Both the position numbers and the translations under genes were made by a program. Positions 55,875 to 56,096 of a stretch of 56,096 nt of DNA are shown here, piece by piece. The notes beneath the pieces were generated by a model, which worked only from the letters and a program-made list of their open reading frames with translations, did no database searches and had not been told where the DNA came from. Every line of letters begins with the position of its first letter. The first letter of the stretch is position 1. The DNA comes from an uncultured bacterium (GTDB lineage Bacteria > Muiribacteriota > Ozemobacteria > Ozemobacterales > Ozemobacteraceae): NCBI GenBank assembly GCA_964597625.1, contig CAZQYQ010000001.1:1-56096 (forward strand), given 5' to 3'.

Positions 55875-56096
55875 TCAGGCAAAGTTCTCAGTGATCCGGT
55901 CAGCGACAAAAGCCGCATGGGTCCATACGAGCGCATGACCACCGCCGGCGATCTCAACGGCATGAACTCCTGGAATCGCCGTCTTTACCGCTTCAGCGCT
56001 CGATCTTCCCGCAATCGCATCTTCCGTTCCGGTGATCATCAGGACAGGACATCTCAGGGCGGAAACGCCGGAGACAACCTGCTTGCAGGTCGCCAC
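55875..56096 (-). CDS. alpha/beta-hydrolase fold protein, C-terminal part (5' end outside the window)
   Basis: ...CPVLMITGTEDAIAG...IAGGGHALVWTHAAFVADRI... matches the C-terminal strand and catalytic-His region of alpha/beta hydrolases. The frame is open to the window edge. Confidence 0.6.
   Translation of the reverse strand: MATCKQVVSGVSALRCPVLMITGTEDAIAGRSSAEAVKTAIPGVHAVEIAGGGHALVWTHAAFVADRITENFA

Overview
GC-rich bacterial chromosomal window, densely coded, with about 50 supportable genes. I found no rRNA, tRNA, CRISPR array, transposase, integrase or phage gene. Start codons are inferred from RBS or context and are less certain than frames and stops. Many long ORFs in the track are antisense artefacts of high GC.

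Housekeeping genes include ligA, queE, a transketolase, ssb, comEA-comEC, an M20 peptidase, a GH15 hydrolase, a MATE exporter and a CoA-transferase.

Four loci stand out:

1. 15.1-23.7 kb (+). Two translationally coupled paralogous membrane sensor-HAMP class III nucleotide cyclases have cyclase domains with reciprocal defects. One keeps only the two metal-binding Asp, the other only the Lys/Thr/Asn/Arg set. This predicts an obligate heterodimer with a single active site. They are coupled by ATGA overlap to a zinc-finger-less ClpX-like AAA+ unfoldase, followed by a pseudo-receiver / GHKL-ATPase-like / cNMP-binding protein.
2. 36.7-46.1 kb (-). A tightly packed six-gene locus: adenylate-forming ligase, UbiA-type prenyltransferase, TM1-less TspO, a rifampicin-phosphotransferase-like PEP-utilising enzyme without a PEP/pyruvate barrel, an MMPL/RND exporter and a BtaA-like (DUF3419) SAM enzyme. 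It looks like an uncharacterised lipid synthesis and export pathway.
3. 26.0-28.5 kb (-). A putative outer-membrane beta-barrel sits directly upstream of a secreted decahaem cytochrome c, a possible porin-cytochrome conduit.
4. 48.8-55.8 kb (-). An ECF sigma / FecR-type anti-sigma pair heads an operon of three pseudopilins, a 713-aa GspK/PilX-like protein and two tandemly duplicated OmpA-domain proteins.

The many prepilin-type N-termini hint at a PVC-group organism, but taxonomy cannot be established from this window.
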